Below the pieces are notes generated by a model. That model was not told the DNA's origin, searched no databases, and worked only from the letters and a program-made list of their open reading frames with translations. A stretch of DNA of 64,000 nucleotides, from the IMG/VR virus record IMGVR_UViG_3300021400_000025, positions 246,479 to 310,478 of that record. The stretch is one strand, 5' to 3'. This DNA comes from a virus. Its lineage: Duplodnaviria > Heunggongvirae > Uroviricota > Caudoviricetes. The translations under genes and the position numbers were made by a program. Below are positions 19,343 to 30,186 of this stretch, piece by piece. Each line of letters starts with the position of its first letter. Position 1 is the stretch's first letter.

Positions 19343-19627
19343 TCACAAATCTTGTCCCGAATATGGCAGAACACCATGTGGATCAGTTTCCTTCACACGA
19401 TTGCCGCCATGCGTGGATATGTGCTGGACAGCAATGTCTGGAAGTCCATTGGTTATGACGATGCAGACATTTTGTGCCGGGATTCGACAGAACCCATTGG
19501 TATCAACATTCATCTTCACTTCCTGCCATTCTGAACTGGAAAGTTTCACGACAAAAACATCATCATGTCCACCAAAGGCAAATGCCAATCCAGACACCAC
19601 ACACAATGTCATAATAATCTTCTTCAT
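19343..19627 (-). CDS. small secreted hypothetical protein
   Basis: MKKIIMTLCVVSGLAFA signal peptide. Confidence 0.6.
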   Translation of the reverse strand: MKKIIMTLCVVSGLAFAFGGHDDVFVVKLSSSEWQEVKMNVDTNGFCRIPAQNVCIVITNGLPDIAVQHISTHGGNRVKETDPHGVLPYSGQDL

Positions 19628-19648
19628 AATGTTCCAATTATACAATAA

Positions 19649-20227
19649 TCAATCGTCTCTGTACAGCTTGAACTTCTTGCTGATCTTGAATGCATCCTCG
19701 TCTGGCAATGGCTTGAACCATGCTCCAATCGTTGTAGTGCCATCTTCGTTCTCGGGCGTCAAGTCAGTAAGGCACTTGTCGTTGATGTAGCCCCAATCAG
19801 TTCCCTCAACAAGCCCCAATTCCTGCACAACTGGCTCAATCTTCGTCTTCAAGTTGTTCAGGTTCCTGGCTTCGCAGATGGTCTTCGTGAAGATGTCGTT
19901 CACATAATCTTCCCAAATGTCCTTTGGGATCTCCAATGTCACCGTAACGGAATGCCTTGGATTCTCCCTCAACGTGGTGAAGGTGGTCTCCCCCTTGTCA
20001 TAAGCCTCCTTTGACAGCCTGAACAATTCAGGGTGCCTGTAAAGAGCGGGTCCAGACTTCCCATTCCCATAGTTCTCCCATGCTGGCAACGTCATGAACT
20101 CGTTGTCAATCACAGTGGACGACTTCATCAGATTCGTCCAATAAGCCTCGGCCAAATGTGCCAGCATCGCTCCCATCTTCCCTGGCTTCAGATGCAGGTC
20201 TTTCCTTATCACGAACACTCTTCTCAT
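19649..20227 (-). CDS. pth2: peptidyl-tRNA hydrolase, PTH2 family
   Basis: VFVIRKDLHLKPGK..A..AH...FTKTIC...INDKCLT...GTTT....P......I...KLY. Confidence 0.75.
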   Translation of the reverse strand: MRRVFVIRKDLHLKPGKMGAMLAHLAEAYWTNLMKSSTVIDNEFMTLPAWENYGNGKSGPALYRHPELFRLSKEAYDKGETTFTTLRENPRHSVTVTLEIPKDIWEDYVNDIFTKTICEARNLNNLKTKIEPVVQELGLVEGTDWGYINDKCLTDLTPENEDGTTTIGAWFKPLPDEDAFKISKKFKLYRDD

Positions 20228-20230
20228 GTC

Positions 20231-20479
20231 TCAAATATCCTCAAATTGCCTTATCAACCTTGAACTGCCAATCTCCAGCATACGCCTTACATATGCTCTG
20301 TAATCCTCAAGTTCCAACATGCGTATTGTCCTTGCCGCTTTTGGATGCTTCTTCAACTGACGCTGGTATTCCCATCTTTGCTTGATGTACTTCTGCTCCG
20401 ACGCCTTCTCCGGATTTTCACGCTCCCATTCCTCGTCCAAATGGCTTCCAAACAAGCCCCAGTAAAACAGATTCAGCAT
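20231..20479 (-). CDS. hypothetical protein
   Basis: MLNLFYW... with RBS GAGGA. Confidence 0.55.
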   Translation of the reverse strand: MLNLFYWGLFGSHLDEEWERENPEKASEQKYIKQRWEYQRQLKKHPKAARTIRMLELEDYRAYVRRMLEIGSSRLIRQFEDI

Positions 20480-20480
20480 A

Positions 20481-20768
20481 TCACATCCTCTCCAATTCGT
20501 CACCTGTCACTTCATGCAACTGATTCAACGCACGGGCGCGTTCCATCATCAAAACATCATGCGCCATCTTGTTAGCCTCATCTACAGGGTCTTCTACTTT
20601 CCTTGTTCCACACAACACATCAAGTGGCGTGGAAATGTGGATTCCCTTCAATCCTCTGTTCTTCTTCTCCCATTCAACAACCCTGTCCAACGCATCAACA
20701 TAACTTGCAGAATCACCAATGGACTCGTCAATCACAGTCAACAACTCAAAGTCAATCTTCTTTTCCAT
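20481..20768 (-). CDS. hypothetical protein
   Basis: MEKKIDFE... with RBS GGAG. Confidence 0.6.
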   Translation of the reverse strand: MEKKIDFELLTVIDESIGDSASYVDALDRVVEWEKKNRGLKGIHISTPLDVLCGTRKVEDPVDEANKMAHDVLMMERARALNQLHEVTGDELERM

Positions 20769-20769
20769 G

Positions 20770-21015
20770 TCAGTTCTCCATTTCGTCAAGGTTCATCGGC
20801 GACATCGAATTGATGCGTCCATAGCAGTCCCAGATATGGTCGTCAGAGCCTGGGTTCTCAATCAATATACGAGATATTCCTGAGTTCTTGTTCTCCAATA
20901 TGTCTTTGACGCAGTCCAATGCGGAATGGATGCTGTCAGTCTCGTAGGTGTTCGATGGAAAACCCTCGATACCAGTTGGCTCAAAGCAATGTATGCGTAT
21001 CTTGTTGTTGTCCAT
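20770..21015 (-). CDS. hypothetical protein
   Basis: 81-aa ORF. Confidence 0.55.
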   Translation of the reverse strand: MDNNKIRIHCFEPTGIEGFPSNTYETDSIHSALDCVKDILENKNSGISRILIENPGSDDHIWDCYGRINSMSPMNLDEMEN

Positions 21016-21036
21016 GATAAGAATTATACGAGAAGA

Positions 21037-22014
21037 TCACAAGTCATCCTTGCCAATGCAAAGATTGTCGTCAAATGCGCATTTGCCCTCGATGAAGTCA
21101 TGATACTGCTTGTGGATGAAGTATATCTTCTTCTCAGGATGTTGTTCGACAACCAATCTCATCTTCTCTCTATCTGAATCTGGATATCCACCCTTGACTT
21201 CAACATAGATGTCTCTGTCTGGAATATATAGGTCAGGAATATAGTTGTGCCAATAGTCCTTGAAATACTTGATTGGAGCAGCTTTCACCCACAATATGCC
21301 AAGTGCGTTCAACCTCAATGCCACATTCTCCTCCCAATGTCCCCGAACAGAGAATTCCTTGCCCTCTATGTTCTTTACTTTGTACCACTTCACCTTCACA
21401 TGCTCCTTATTGAGGTACTGGTTCATGACTTGTTCAGCACGTTTGGCAGAGATTTTTTGGCGGGTTTCAAGAGTGTGCTTGTGAGACACAACTGATATAT
21501 GTATCTCTCCCCTTGCATATTTTTCTGAGAATTTTCTTCCTTGTCTCTTGTGCATTTCATCGTGTTCCGCCTTATTTGGATGATTAGGGCAATTAACCAT
21601 ATGTCCACCAGCTCCTCTACCACTATCAAATTCTTTCCCACAATAACGACAAACATATTTCCCATCATCTGTAATAATACATCCACTATGTACAACTCCA
21701 TGTACATTAGCCATATGTTTTTTCAGTTGATTGCGTGTATCTAATATCATTCCACACAATTTACACTTCCAAGTTCCATACGGAGATTTTGCATGGACTT
21801 TACCTTCTGCCCTCAATTTGTCAAGATGAGCCTTGACTTTTGGATTATTTGCGCCTCTATTTTTACTCGCAATATATTCAATCTTACATTCCTTTGAGCA
21901 AAATCTTCCTGAGCCATAGGTGTGGTCATGTTCTTTTCCACAGTATTCACAAGGCTTGTCCTTGTTCGCAAGGCGTTTCTATGCCATTGCTTTACGATAA
22001 CGTTCTTTGTTCAT
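21037..22014 (-). CDS. zinc-finger PD-(D/E)xK endonuclease (homing-endonuclease-like); in-frame TAG at codon 12 (21979)
   Basis: Extension gives MNKERYRKAMA*KRLANKDKPCEYCGKEHDHTYGSGRFCSKEC, then two C2H2/C2HC fingers, NUMOD-like HKHTLETRQKIS and YIPDLYIPDRDIYVEVKG. Confidence 0.75.
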
Positions 22015-22090
22015 ATTATTTTTACCTTTTTGTTAACGGAGTCACCCCACGTGACTTCGCATTATCTATTTACAATTATACGATTTTTTA

Positions 22091-22130
22091 GCAAAAGAAA
22101 GCCATATAGGCGTGGGGCCTATACGGCTTT
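22091..22130 (-). terminator. intrinsic terminator downstream of the suppressor tRNA
   Basis: 14-bp stem AAAGCCGTATAGGC/GCCTATATGGCTTT with a 5-nt loop, followed by CTTTT. Confidence 0.7.
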
Positions 22131-22135
22131 ACGGG

Positions 22136-22208
22136 CTGCCCGTGAAGGAGTCGAACCTTCCCCCCAGGTTTTAGAGACCTGTGCGCGAGACCGGCACGCA
22201 GACGGGCT
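22136..22208 (-). tRNA. amber suppressor tRNA, anticodon CUA (probably Gln-accepting); CCA not encoded
   Basis: Minus strand: AGCCCGT CT GCGT GCCGGTCTC GCGC A CAGGT CTCTAAA ACCTG GGGG GAAGG TTCGACT CCTTC ACGGGCA G. Complete cloverleaf; anticodon at 22172-22174. Confidence 0.9.
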
Positions 22209-22286
22209 GTTGAAACTTGTGTCTCGTTTCTCTCGTCACATTCAATTATACAAAAAATGGTTGGAACTTTCGCATGAACCAACCAA

Positions 22287-25200
22287 TTATTCGTCGCCCA
22301 AATCTATGCTGTCGGGATCGGACACAACAACTGTGTCTCCTCCTCCACCACCACTCTGGTTGTTTATTGCAAGCACTGAACCCACTGGTATCTTGTTCAC
22401 CTCGTCTACATATCCCCTCAGACTTCCATGCAATCCAATGGCTGTGGTCTTCACCTCCTCGAATGTCTTGGGCGACAACTTGTCTCCACGAATCAAGGAC
22501 AATTTCAACTCCCTTTCCTCTCTTGGCAACTGGGCTATTCTGTTCTCGGCCTCCTGCTTCAGGTTCTTCACATCGTCTCCAAGCGACTTCAACTCCTCGT
22601 CAGTGACCTTTCCTGGATCAGCCACCATCTTCTCCAATATCGTCTCATATCTTTCCTCTTGCTTCCGTATTGCCTCCATCTGCTTGATCTTCGCCTATGC
22701 GATTGCCAGTTCCTCTCTGCGCTTGGCTTCCTCCTTCAACCTCTTCTCCTCTTCCTCTGCCTTGCGCTTCTTCTCCTCTTCTTCCTTTCTTCTGCGCTCT
22801 TCCTCCACCTTGCGCCGCTCTTCCTCAATCTCCTTTGAGGTCTTGGGTGGTGGTTCAAGAACCTTCGTGTTGGCAGATGGGTTCTTCACTATGGTGTCCC
22901 CTTGGTTTTTCTACTGTCTCTTCCTCAGAATGCGCTCGTCCTTCTCCTTCAAGAAGCCAGCGTAGAACTTCTCCAATTGCCGCTTGAATGTCAGACTGCC
23001 TGTGGCTTTCGCCTCCATCGTCACTGGCCCATGCAGTTTCCTCAGATATTCAAGGTTCTTGTCCAGTTCCTGGTCGGACATCTCCCCCATCTTCTTCCAT
23101 AGAGCCTGTTGGCTCTTCAATATCTTCTGCCTTTGCTCTGGAGTGGGAATGCCCAGCTTGTGGCGATACATCCTCAATTTGGTGAGCTGTCCACCCACTG
23201 CGTTGGGGAAATCCACCAGCTTCACCTTCATATGGGGGAACCTGAGGTATTTGCGCATGAAATCCACTATGGCCGCGCCTTGCAGGGATATATGCAATTT
23301 GATGATTGCGGTCTTCAACGCCTTGTCGGTGTTCTCAGTCCTATATGTCATGTCGAGACCAAGAAACCTCTCCACCCTGTTCCACAATGGGATGACCTTC
23401 AACGCGAAATATTCAAGGAAGGATTGGGCAAATCCAGCGAGGGCATATTTGTCGTCCTTGAGCATGGACCATTTGTAGCCATGTGTGTTCGTCTGGAGGA
23501 AATAGTAGGAAATCAAGTCATGCAGGGAAGATGCGTCCCCATCCTTGTCCTTGGCTGTGTCCAGTGCATAATGATCCTTCAACCAGTCAAGAAGGGGGAT
23601 TGCGGACAATGCGGTGTTCGCTATCTGCCCTTGCTTGAACAGACTCAGCACTCCACCATCAATCATCCAATTGCGCACATCGCCATATTTCAACCCAAAA
23701 GCCTCGAACTTCTTCAACCTATTGAGACGAGCCAGACCCTGGGCGAAACGCTTCGCCTTTCTTGCGGCATTCATCCCCTTGGTGAACCATCTCTTGCCGA
23801 ACCAGGCGTTCTCGTCCACCTCCTCTGCGTCTTTGTTGGCGTTTCTGTCGTATTTCAGAACATCTTGGATTGGTCGAACGATCAATTTCTTCACCCCATG
23901 CACCGCAGCAGCTGCCACAGCCATGCCTACCGGGGAGAGAACAACACTGCCCAGCCCTATCGCCAAGCCCATCAATGCCCTCTTTCCCCATTTGCCCCAG
24001 TCTATTTTGTCAATCTTCTTGGCATGTTCAAGGTTGTTGTCTTTGCTGGCCACCTCCCCCTTTCTGAACTTCTCCAGGAAAATCTGGAACCTGTCCTTGT
24101 AGATGACATCATCAGGATTATCGTAGTAGCCAATGGACTGCTTCTTCGTGATGAAGTTCCATTGGTTCCAATACTCGGAGTATTTTTGGAATTTGCCCAG
24201 AGCCTCCTTGTCATCCTTTGCCGTGGACAACGATTCCATGATTTCAGCGTAGATGCTTCTGATTGCCTTCGCCCTTTGAAGTTCATATCCAAGGGGGTTC
24301 GCTATGACCCTGACTCCATTCTGAATCCATTGGAACGGCATGTAGCCAATTGAACCCTTTTCAGGCTCCGGATAGGGTTCGCCAATCTTGACGTCTAGGG
24401 CGTTGTGGATTGCCTCGAATGGCTTGGTTGGAATGATTGACATCAAGTCGCTTTGCAGAACACGATACCCTGGATTCCATCCTGCCACTGGATCATACAA
24501 TTTGCCCTTGACGCCTGCGAATCTATTGGCCTTGCTGAGCTTGTCTATGTATGCGTCCAACTTCCCAATCTCTGGCATGATTGAATTGGCGAACGTCTGC
24601 TGTCTGATTTTCATGCCATATGCGCGACGGGAGGTGACGTATGCATCAACGCCATATTTCTCCTTAAGTTCCTGTCTGCGTTCCCAATAAGTCTTGCTAT
24701 GTACGTATGTCCTGTCCCACCTGTCCATGTCGTATTGGTTCAGGGTGGCTATGTATTTGGTGGTGTCGCGCTATATTCTGGAAACGATGTCGTTCTCATT
24801 GTTCGCAATCCAGCGCTTCTCCTGCTCCTTCTTGACCTTCTCGTTGGAATTCTCCAAATCTTGTTTCTGCACATCCTTCGCTGAATCAAAGTTCTAATGC
24901 ATCCTTGGTGGAACCTGGCGCATGATGGCCCCTTGTGGAGGACGTTGACCCTTCCCAGGCCAATTCGGCGTCTGAAGCCCTGGAATTACCGCCATCTGCC
25001 CCTTGAACGCCTTGACCCCAGATGACGCCTGGGCGATGTTGATCCTCAGACTCTTCAACGCTGCAGTGGTGTTCGCCATCTGACCACTCTTGCTCTGGGC
25101 GTATTGGAGTTCCTGGTTCTTCTAGTGCTTGGACCAGAGCAGCATCACCTCTGTGGCAATCATCGTCACAATGGAGGGGATCAACTTGACTATGAACATC

Positions 25201-27392
25201 GCCACAGTGCCTGCGCCTGGTGCGATGAAGTTCACCACCATGCATATGGCGTTGACAATCATCCCAAGTCCCTTCTTCGCCAACCCTATGAGATATGCGA
25301 AAACTATTCTCCGAAGAGTGTGCTTGACTGACGCCCAATCCTTGAAGATGCCATTCTTGCCAAACAACTTCTTCTTGATGCCAGAGAAGAACAACTTCAA
25401 CCTGTCTATCCAGTTGCCTATCCCAGATTTGAAGAAGTTCTTGATTCCAATCGCAAACGCCTTTATGCCAGCCCAATTGGGGATCTCGAACCCAAGAATG
25501 GTCATCTTGGAGCCATCGGACTTGGGCATGTACGCAGATTTCCATTTTTGCCAGCCAACTCTGAACAACGCAATCAATATCAACGCGCCCAATGCGATGG
25601 TGGCAATCGCCTTGACTGGATTCAACAATATGCTGAGAAAACCACCTTTCCCTCCTCTACTGGCTTTTTTCTTGAGGTCGGATATGTTGCTCTCTGTCTT
25701 GTTGAGATCCTTGGACATGGTCTCTTCGTCGTCGTCCACCCCTTTCATCTGCTTTTGCACAGCCTTCTGGATTGGTGGATACGCCAGTTGGAACCCTGCC
25801 ATGAACTTCTTGTCCTTGATTGTGCCACCGAGGTTTTCGTTGATTCTGCCCAATGTCTCCTGGACTTTCCTTGACGAGATGTCCTTCTTGTACTTCTGAT
25901 CGTCTGGATTGGGCTGCTTCTCCTTTCCCTTCACTTTGTTCTGGGTCTTTTCCTTGATTGGCAGATTCTTGTTCTTCTTTTTCTTGTCCTTGATGTCCTT
26001 GCCATCATTCTGCTTCTTGGCAGATGGAGAAAGTGGCTTCATCTTGGAGAGGTTCTTGCCTGCAGTCTTGGGCAACTTTGGCATCTTCTTTCCAAGCCCC
26101 TTCATCTTCGTGGGGTTCAGCGTCTTTGACATGGACTTCATCTTGTCCACATTGCCAATAATCTTGGTGTTCTTGCCATCGGCGGAGACCATGGGATCGT
26201 ATGTGGTTCTTCTTGGAAGAAATGCGTTGGACAATCTGCCGCCAAATCCCCTTGCGCCATCAATCTCGGCTCTCTATCCAGACCGCATCTTGAGTTTTGC
26301 CCCTGGAATGGACTTGACTCCTTCAACCAACCCATTCGTCTTTCCACCATCCTTCATTTTGTGCTGATGTTGCCCAGGAAGATGTTGATGTCCACATATG
26401 GGGCATACACACATGCCATTGGGTGAGACCTTCAGTCTGGTTCTTTGTTGGACTGCCTTGGCATTGGACTTGAATCTGGATGAAGATGGAATTGGAGCAG
26501 CAGAAGAAGCTTGTTTGGTGGCGTTCTTTGTGGTGGACAACTATGCCTTCACCTTCTTCATCTTCGCCAGTTGGATTTGCGCCTTGACATCATCTTGAAC
26601 CAACCCATTCAACTTGTCGGCCAAAGTTTTGATGTTGAATTTGTATGGCTTGGCAAGGTTCTGAAGATTCTTGTCCCCCTTGACACTGGCATCCAGTTTC
26701 ACAACATCCTTGTATGCGTTGTTGGAATCCAATTGGTTGAAGACGCCAATCGCATGGCGCAAGGACTCAAGGCTCTCGTCCTCCCATGTGGATTGCCCTT
26801 GATCCATGGTTTCCAGGCGGTTGGATGTGTCGTCGTTCTGCTGGACAAGTCCTTGGGTCAGGCGGTCTATGTCTTGTTGCTGACCCTCGTAGGACTGAAG
26901 ACGAATCATCTTCCTTCGTTCATACTCCCGATTGAGGTTCATCCTCACCTGGAGAATGGAGGTCTGGAGTTCATCCACGAAATCCATGACCACGTCCATG
27001 ATGTTGCAGTCATTGATGTCCAGCTCGCCCTTCACAACCTTCTTGGTCGTTTCTGGAACCAACGCCTTGTCCAGATTCTCAGGAGTCAGCTTGGACTGCT
27101 TGTCCCTCATGTTCTGGGCAATCTTGTTGACAGCATCCCCATCTTGTATTATCCGAAGGAAATCGTTGTTGAGGGAACGGTAGATCGTGCGCAGAAGGAT
27201 CTCGGAATTCGCACCTTGTCCAATCAAAGCCCCTTTGGTGAAGGTCTCGAACAAGGTGGTCATGTTGTTGTACAATTCCTCCATGTGCGCCGTGGAGGAC
27301 ACCTTCTCCACAGCGCCTGCGAAGGGACTGAAATTCGACATCGCAGATTGAAACACCTTCTGCGTGTCCTATGTCTTTGGTTGAGCAGCCAT
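22287..27392 (-). CDS. 1701-aa membrane-associated, helical virion-like protein (tape-measure-like?); eight in-frame TAG
   Basis: Seven ORF-track fragments share one frame and join through TAG at 27369, 26541, 26274, 25122, 24894, 24771, 22911 and 22695. ATG 27392, TAA 22287. Has hydrophobic segments, a K-rich region and a C-terminal E/K coil. Confidence 0.75.
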
Positions 27393-27502
27393 TTAACGAT
27401 CCATCAATGTGGTATTTACCATTTTCTCGCCCCACATCCGATGAAAAGAAGATGGTGGCCGAAAACCACCATCAATTGGAAGTTCAATGTGTAGATTCCC
27501 AA

Positions 27503-28321
27503 TCAGGGAATGGTTGTCGCAGATGGATTGGACGAGTCAATGGAGACCCAATTCTCTCCATCGCCACCATCCTGTGGGTTGACGTGTTGGATTGAGAATG
27601 TATCTGGATCATAGTTGAACTTGTCGCAAATGTCAAGAATCATGCTTTTCGCATCATCCTCCGTATCAAATACATCGGCGTCTTTTTCATCATCAACAAA
27701 TTCAACCTTTTCCGCAATGTCCCACTTCACAAATCCATGAATGTCAAGGTCGTCGTCGTCCATTCTCAGACAAACCTCGCCATCTGATTCATTGATTGAC
27801 TCGCCAAGTTCCTCCTGCTTCATCGTGGCGGGCCATATGAACATGTAGTCTCCACCCAATTGCCTTATCTTTTCTGCCGCATCTTCCTTTGAGGGGAACT
27901 CATAGGCTCTCTGAATGTCAGTAGACCATTCCTTGTCGTTGACATAGAATGAATCACTGTCGGGATATTCCTTCTTTAAGATTGCCGGACCATCCCAATC
28001 CATCATGGAAGTGTCCGTGTTCAAACTTTCATTACTCTTCTTCTGCGCATCAAGCATCTTCTGAACGCCTGCCAATTGCTCTGGATTGTTCGAGATCTCA
28101 TCCAGCGTCTTGTCATCAACATCAAGTCCAGCGTCTGAAACCGTGTCCGCCAGAACCTCCTTCTTCTGATCGTCAGTCAAGGAATCAGCATGCACCGAAA
28201 CCATGTCATCGCCATCCGACTTCTCATTGTCCTCGTTCATCATGAACTTGATGCCCCTTGACTTGAGTTCCTTGTCCAGATTCTCGTTGATTTCAACCAA
28301 CTTGTCAAAATACTTGCTCAT
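27503..28321 (-). CDS. acidic hypothetical protein, possibly internal head protein
   Basis: MSKYFDKL... D/E-rich with INE/NES motifs; GTAAATA upstream. Confidence 0.7.
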   Translation of the reverse strand: MSKYFDKLVEINENLDKELKSRGIKFMMNEDNEKSDGDDMVSVHADSLTDDQKKEVLADTVSDAGLDVDDKTLDEISNNPEQLAGVQKMLDAQKKSNESLNTDTSMMDWDGPAILKKEYPDSDSFYVNDKEWSTDIQRAYEFPSKEDAAEKIRQLGGDYMFIWPATMKQEELGESINESDGEVCLRMDDDDLDIHGFVKWDIAEKVEFVDDEKDADVFDTEDDAKSMILDICDKFNYDPDTFSIQHVNPQDGGDGENWVSIDSSNPSATTIP

Positions 28322-28366
28322 TTTTTCCAATACCTTCCTAGATTGAATTATATGTGTATTTACCTC

Positions 28367-29470
28367 TCAACGGCATGAAACCATCATGGAGGACAGTTGC
28401 TTGAACAGCTTGTCTCTGGTGGCATCGTCCTGGAACTCAATCAGACCCTCCGACATCTTGTAGAACGGCTTTGACGCAATGATTATTGGAAGAAAATCAG
28501 ATGCAGAAAGATTGTGCAGAGTGCAATCAAGTTCAAACGACTCAAATACGCCCTCGGCATTGTCAAGCCATTCCTTCAACTCCCCCTGATCATATCCACT
28601 CTTGACGAGATGTTCAATCAATGAGTTGACCAGCATGGAGATGGCATCTGAATCAAACAGTTTAACAGTAGTTGAGCTTCTTGCCCCCATTATATGGTCA
28701 ATCTCCTTGTAGAGCTGCTTCCACGCAATCATCTTCACGCGCTTCGTGTATTCCACATCCCCTGACAGTATGTGTCTTATCAGGACTTGTGGAGGATTCA
28801 CTTCATGTCCAGGAGAGTATGTTCCCCTGGTCAAGCCAGTCTTGTTGAACTTCTCCACATAGCGGAAATACTTGTCCATGTTTCCAAGTATGACTATGTG
28901 CTCCGCCTCAGACAAGTCCTTGAAGAACTTTGGGCTTAGAAGTTCTGGCAGAAACAAGGAATGGCTGAAATCCACCTCGTTCTTGTCGCCAGTTGAGAGG
29001 AACCCCCTTATCCTGTCCAAAAGAACCCTTCTCAAGTCAAGTTCTCCATTCAACATCTTGATGTCCCAGTCCTTCATGTTGTTGGAGAGCATGGTCAGGG
29101 GATTGAACATCACTATGTTGGAGTCGGGATGGCTTTCCATCTCATGCTGTTGAAGTTCATCCAAGAACACCTTCATCCGAGAGCTGTTCTCCAACTTGAT
29201 GTGGAAGTACACCCGGTCAAGCCGACTGAACGAAGCCAAAGCCTGATATATCCTTTCCCTCATCTCCTTGCTGAATTGACTGAACATGTCCAAGTTCAAC
29301 AGCCAACCGGCATACGTGGATGTCCCTATGGCGTCCCAGAATATGTCATCCCTCACATTCAAGTTCTCCTCCAAGAATTGAGGTGAGCAGTCCGACGACA
29401 TTATCAACGAATCCAAATCCACAGGACATTGGATTGAGTTCACATATCTGGGCAGTTTCTTCTTCGCCAT
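28367..29470 (-). CDS. hypothetical protein
   Basis: About 367 aa, directly behind a sigma70 promoter. Confidence 0.75.
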   Translation of the reverse strand: MAKKKLPRYVNSIQCPVDLDSLIMSSDCSPQFLEENLNVRDDIFWDAIGTSTYAGWLLNLDMFSQFSKEMRERIYQALASFSRLDRVYFHIKLENSSRMKVFLDELQQHEMESHPDSNIVMFNPLTMLSNNMKDWDIKMLNGELDLRRVLLDRIRGFLSTGDKNEVDFSHSLFLPELLSPKFFKDLSEAEHIVILGNMDKYFRYVEKFNKTGLTRGTYSPGHEVNPPQVLIRHILSGDVEYTKRVKMIAWKQLYKEIDHIMGARSSTTVKLFDSDAISMLVNSLIEHLVKSGYDQGELKEWLDNAEGVFESFELDCTLHNLSASDFLPIIIASKPFYKMSEGLIEFQDDATRDKLFKQLSSMMVSCR

Positions 29471-29478
29471 ATACATCT

Positions 29479-29509
29479 AGTATACCACATTCGCAAATAA
29501 TGGTAAATA
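29479..29509. promoter_or_regulatory. overlapping divergent promoters: sigma70-type (minus) and GTAAATA motif (plus)
   Basis: Minus strand TTTACC-17 bp-TATACT; plus strand GTAAATA at 29503-29509 overlaps the -35 box. Confidence 0.55.
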
Positions 29510-29526
29510 CCAACAAGGAGACTTCA

Positions 29527-30186
29527 ATGGACGAAGAAGACGACAACAACATAGAGGAAGCAGGTTTGGACGAAGAACCATCTGCAAGAGGTGAATTGGG
29601 CAAGAAGGCTGGTGGCATGGCAGGCGCTGCCATAGGTGGATATTTCGGTGGTCCAATTGGATCCATGGTTGGAAAATACATCGGAGAAAAACTTGGCGAC
29701 AAGGCAGAGGATAAGATATAGGAGGAAGTCAAGGAGTAGATGGGAGAATCGTCCGAGCAATCAGAGCCACCAAAAGAGGAGCAATAGAAGAAGAAAGGCG
29801 GATCATGTGGAGGAGATTCGGGTGGAGCTGGTGTTGGAGAATACTCGGCGTCTGATGGACAATGCCATTCAAATCCAAAGACCCCATTGTACAAGCTGGA
29901 GATTGAGGAGAACGACTACCCAGAAAACTGGTGGGACTAGCTGCCAGACTTCGACCCAAGGGTATATGACGCAATCTCAATGGAACAGGCAGCAGCATGC
30001 GTGGACTACATATTCGAGGGGCTTCCAGACATGCACGACTTGGAGAACAAACTGCAGGCGAAGGGATTCCCGAAGATTTGCCCAAGGCTCAAGACCCAGG
30101 TTCCCAGAACCAAGATAATCATGCCGAAGGAGATAATCTACGACACCACAATGGACAGCTTCATCAAGAAGGATCAGACCTACTAA
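29527..30186 (+). CDS. glycine-zipper-containing protein; four in-frame TAG
   Basis: MDEEDDNN...GGMAGAAIGGYFGGPIGSMVG. TAG at 29719, 29737, 29785 and 29938 are in frame with ORF 29980-30186. RBS AAGGAG. Confidence 0.7.

Noticed and set aside
22136-22208. tRNA-Pyl (pyrrolysine) interpretation of the CUA tRNA
   Set aside because: It keeps the D-loop GG, TTCGA T-loop and a 5-bp anticodon stem, unlike tRNA-Pyl. No pyl genes are in the window, and TAG aligns with Gln.
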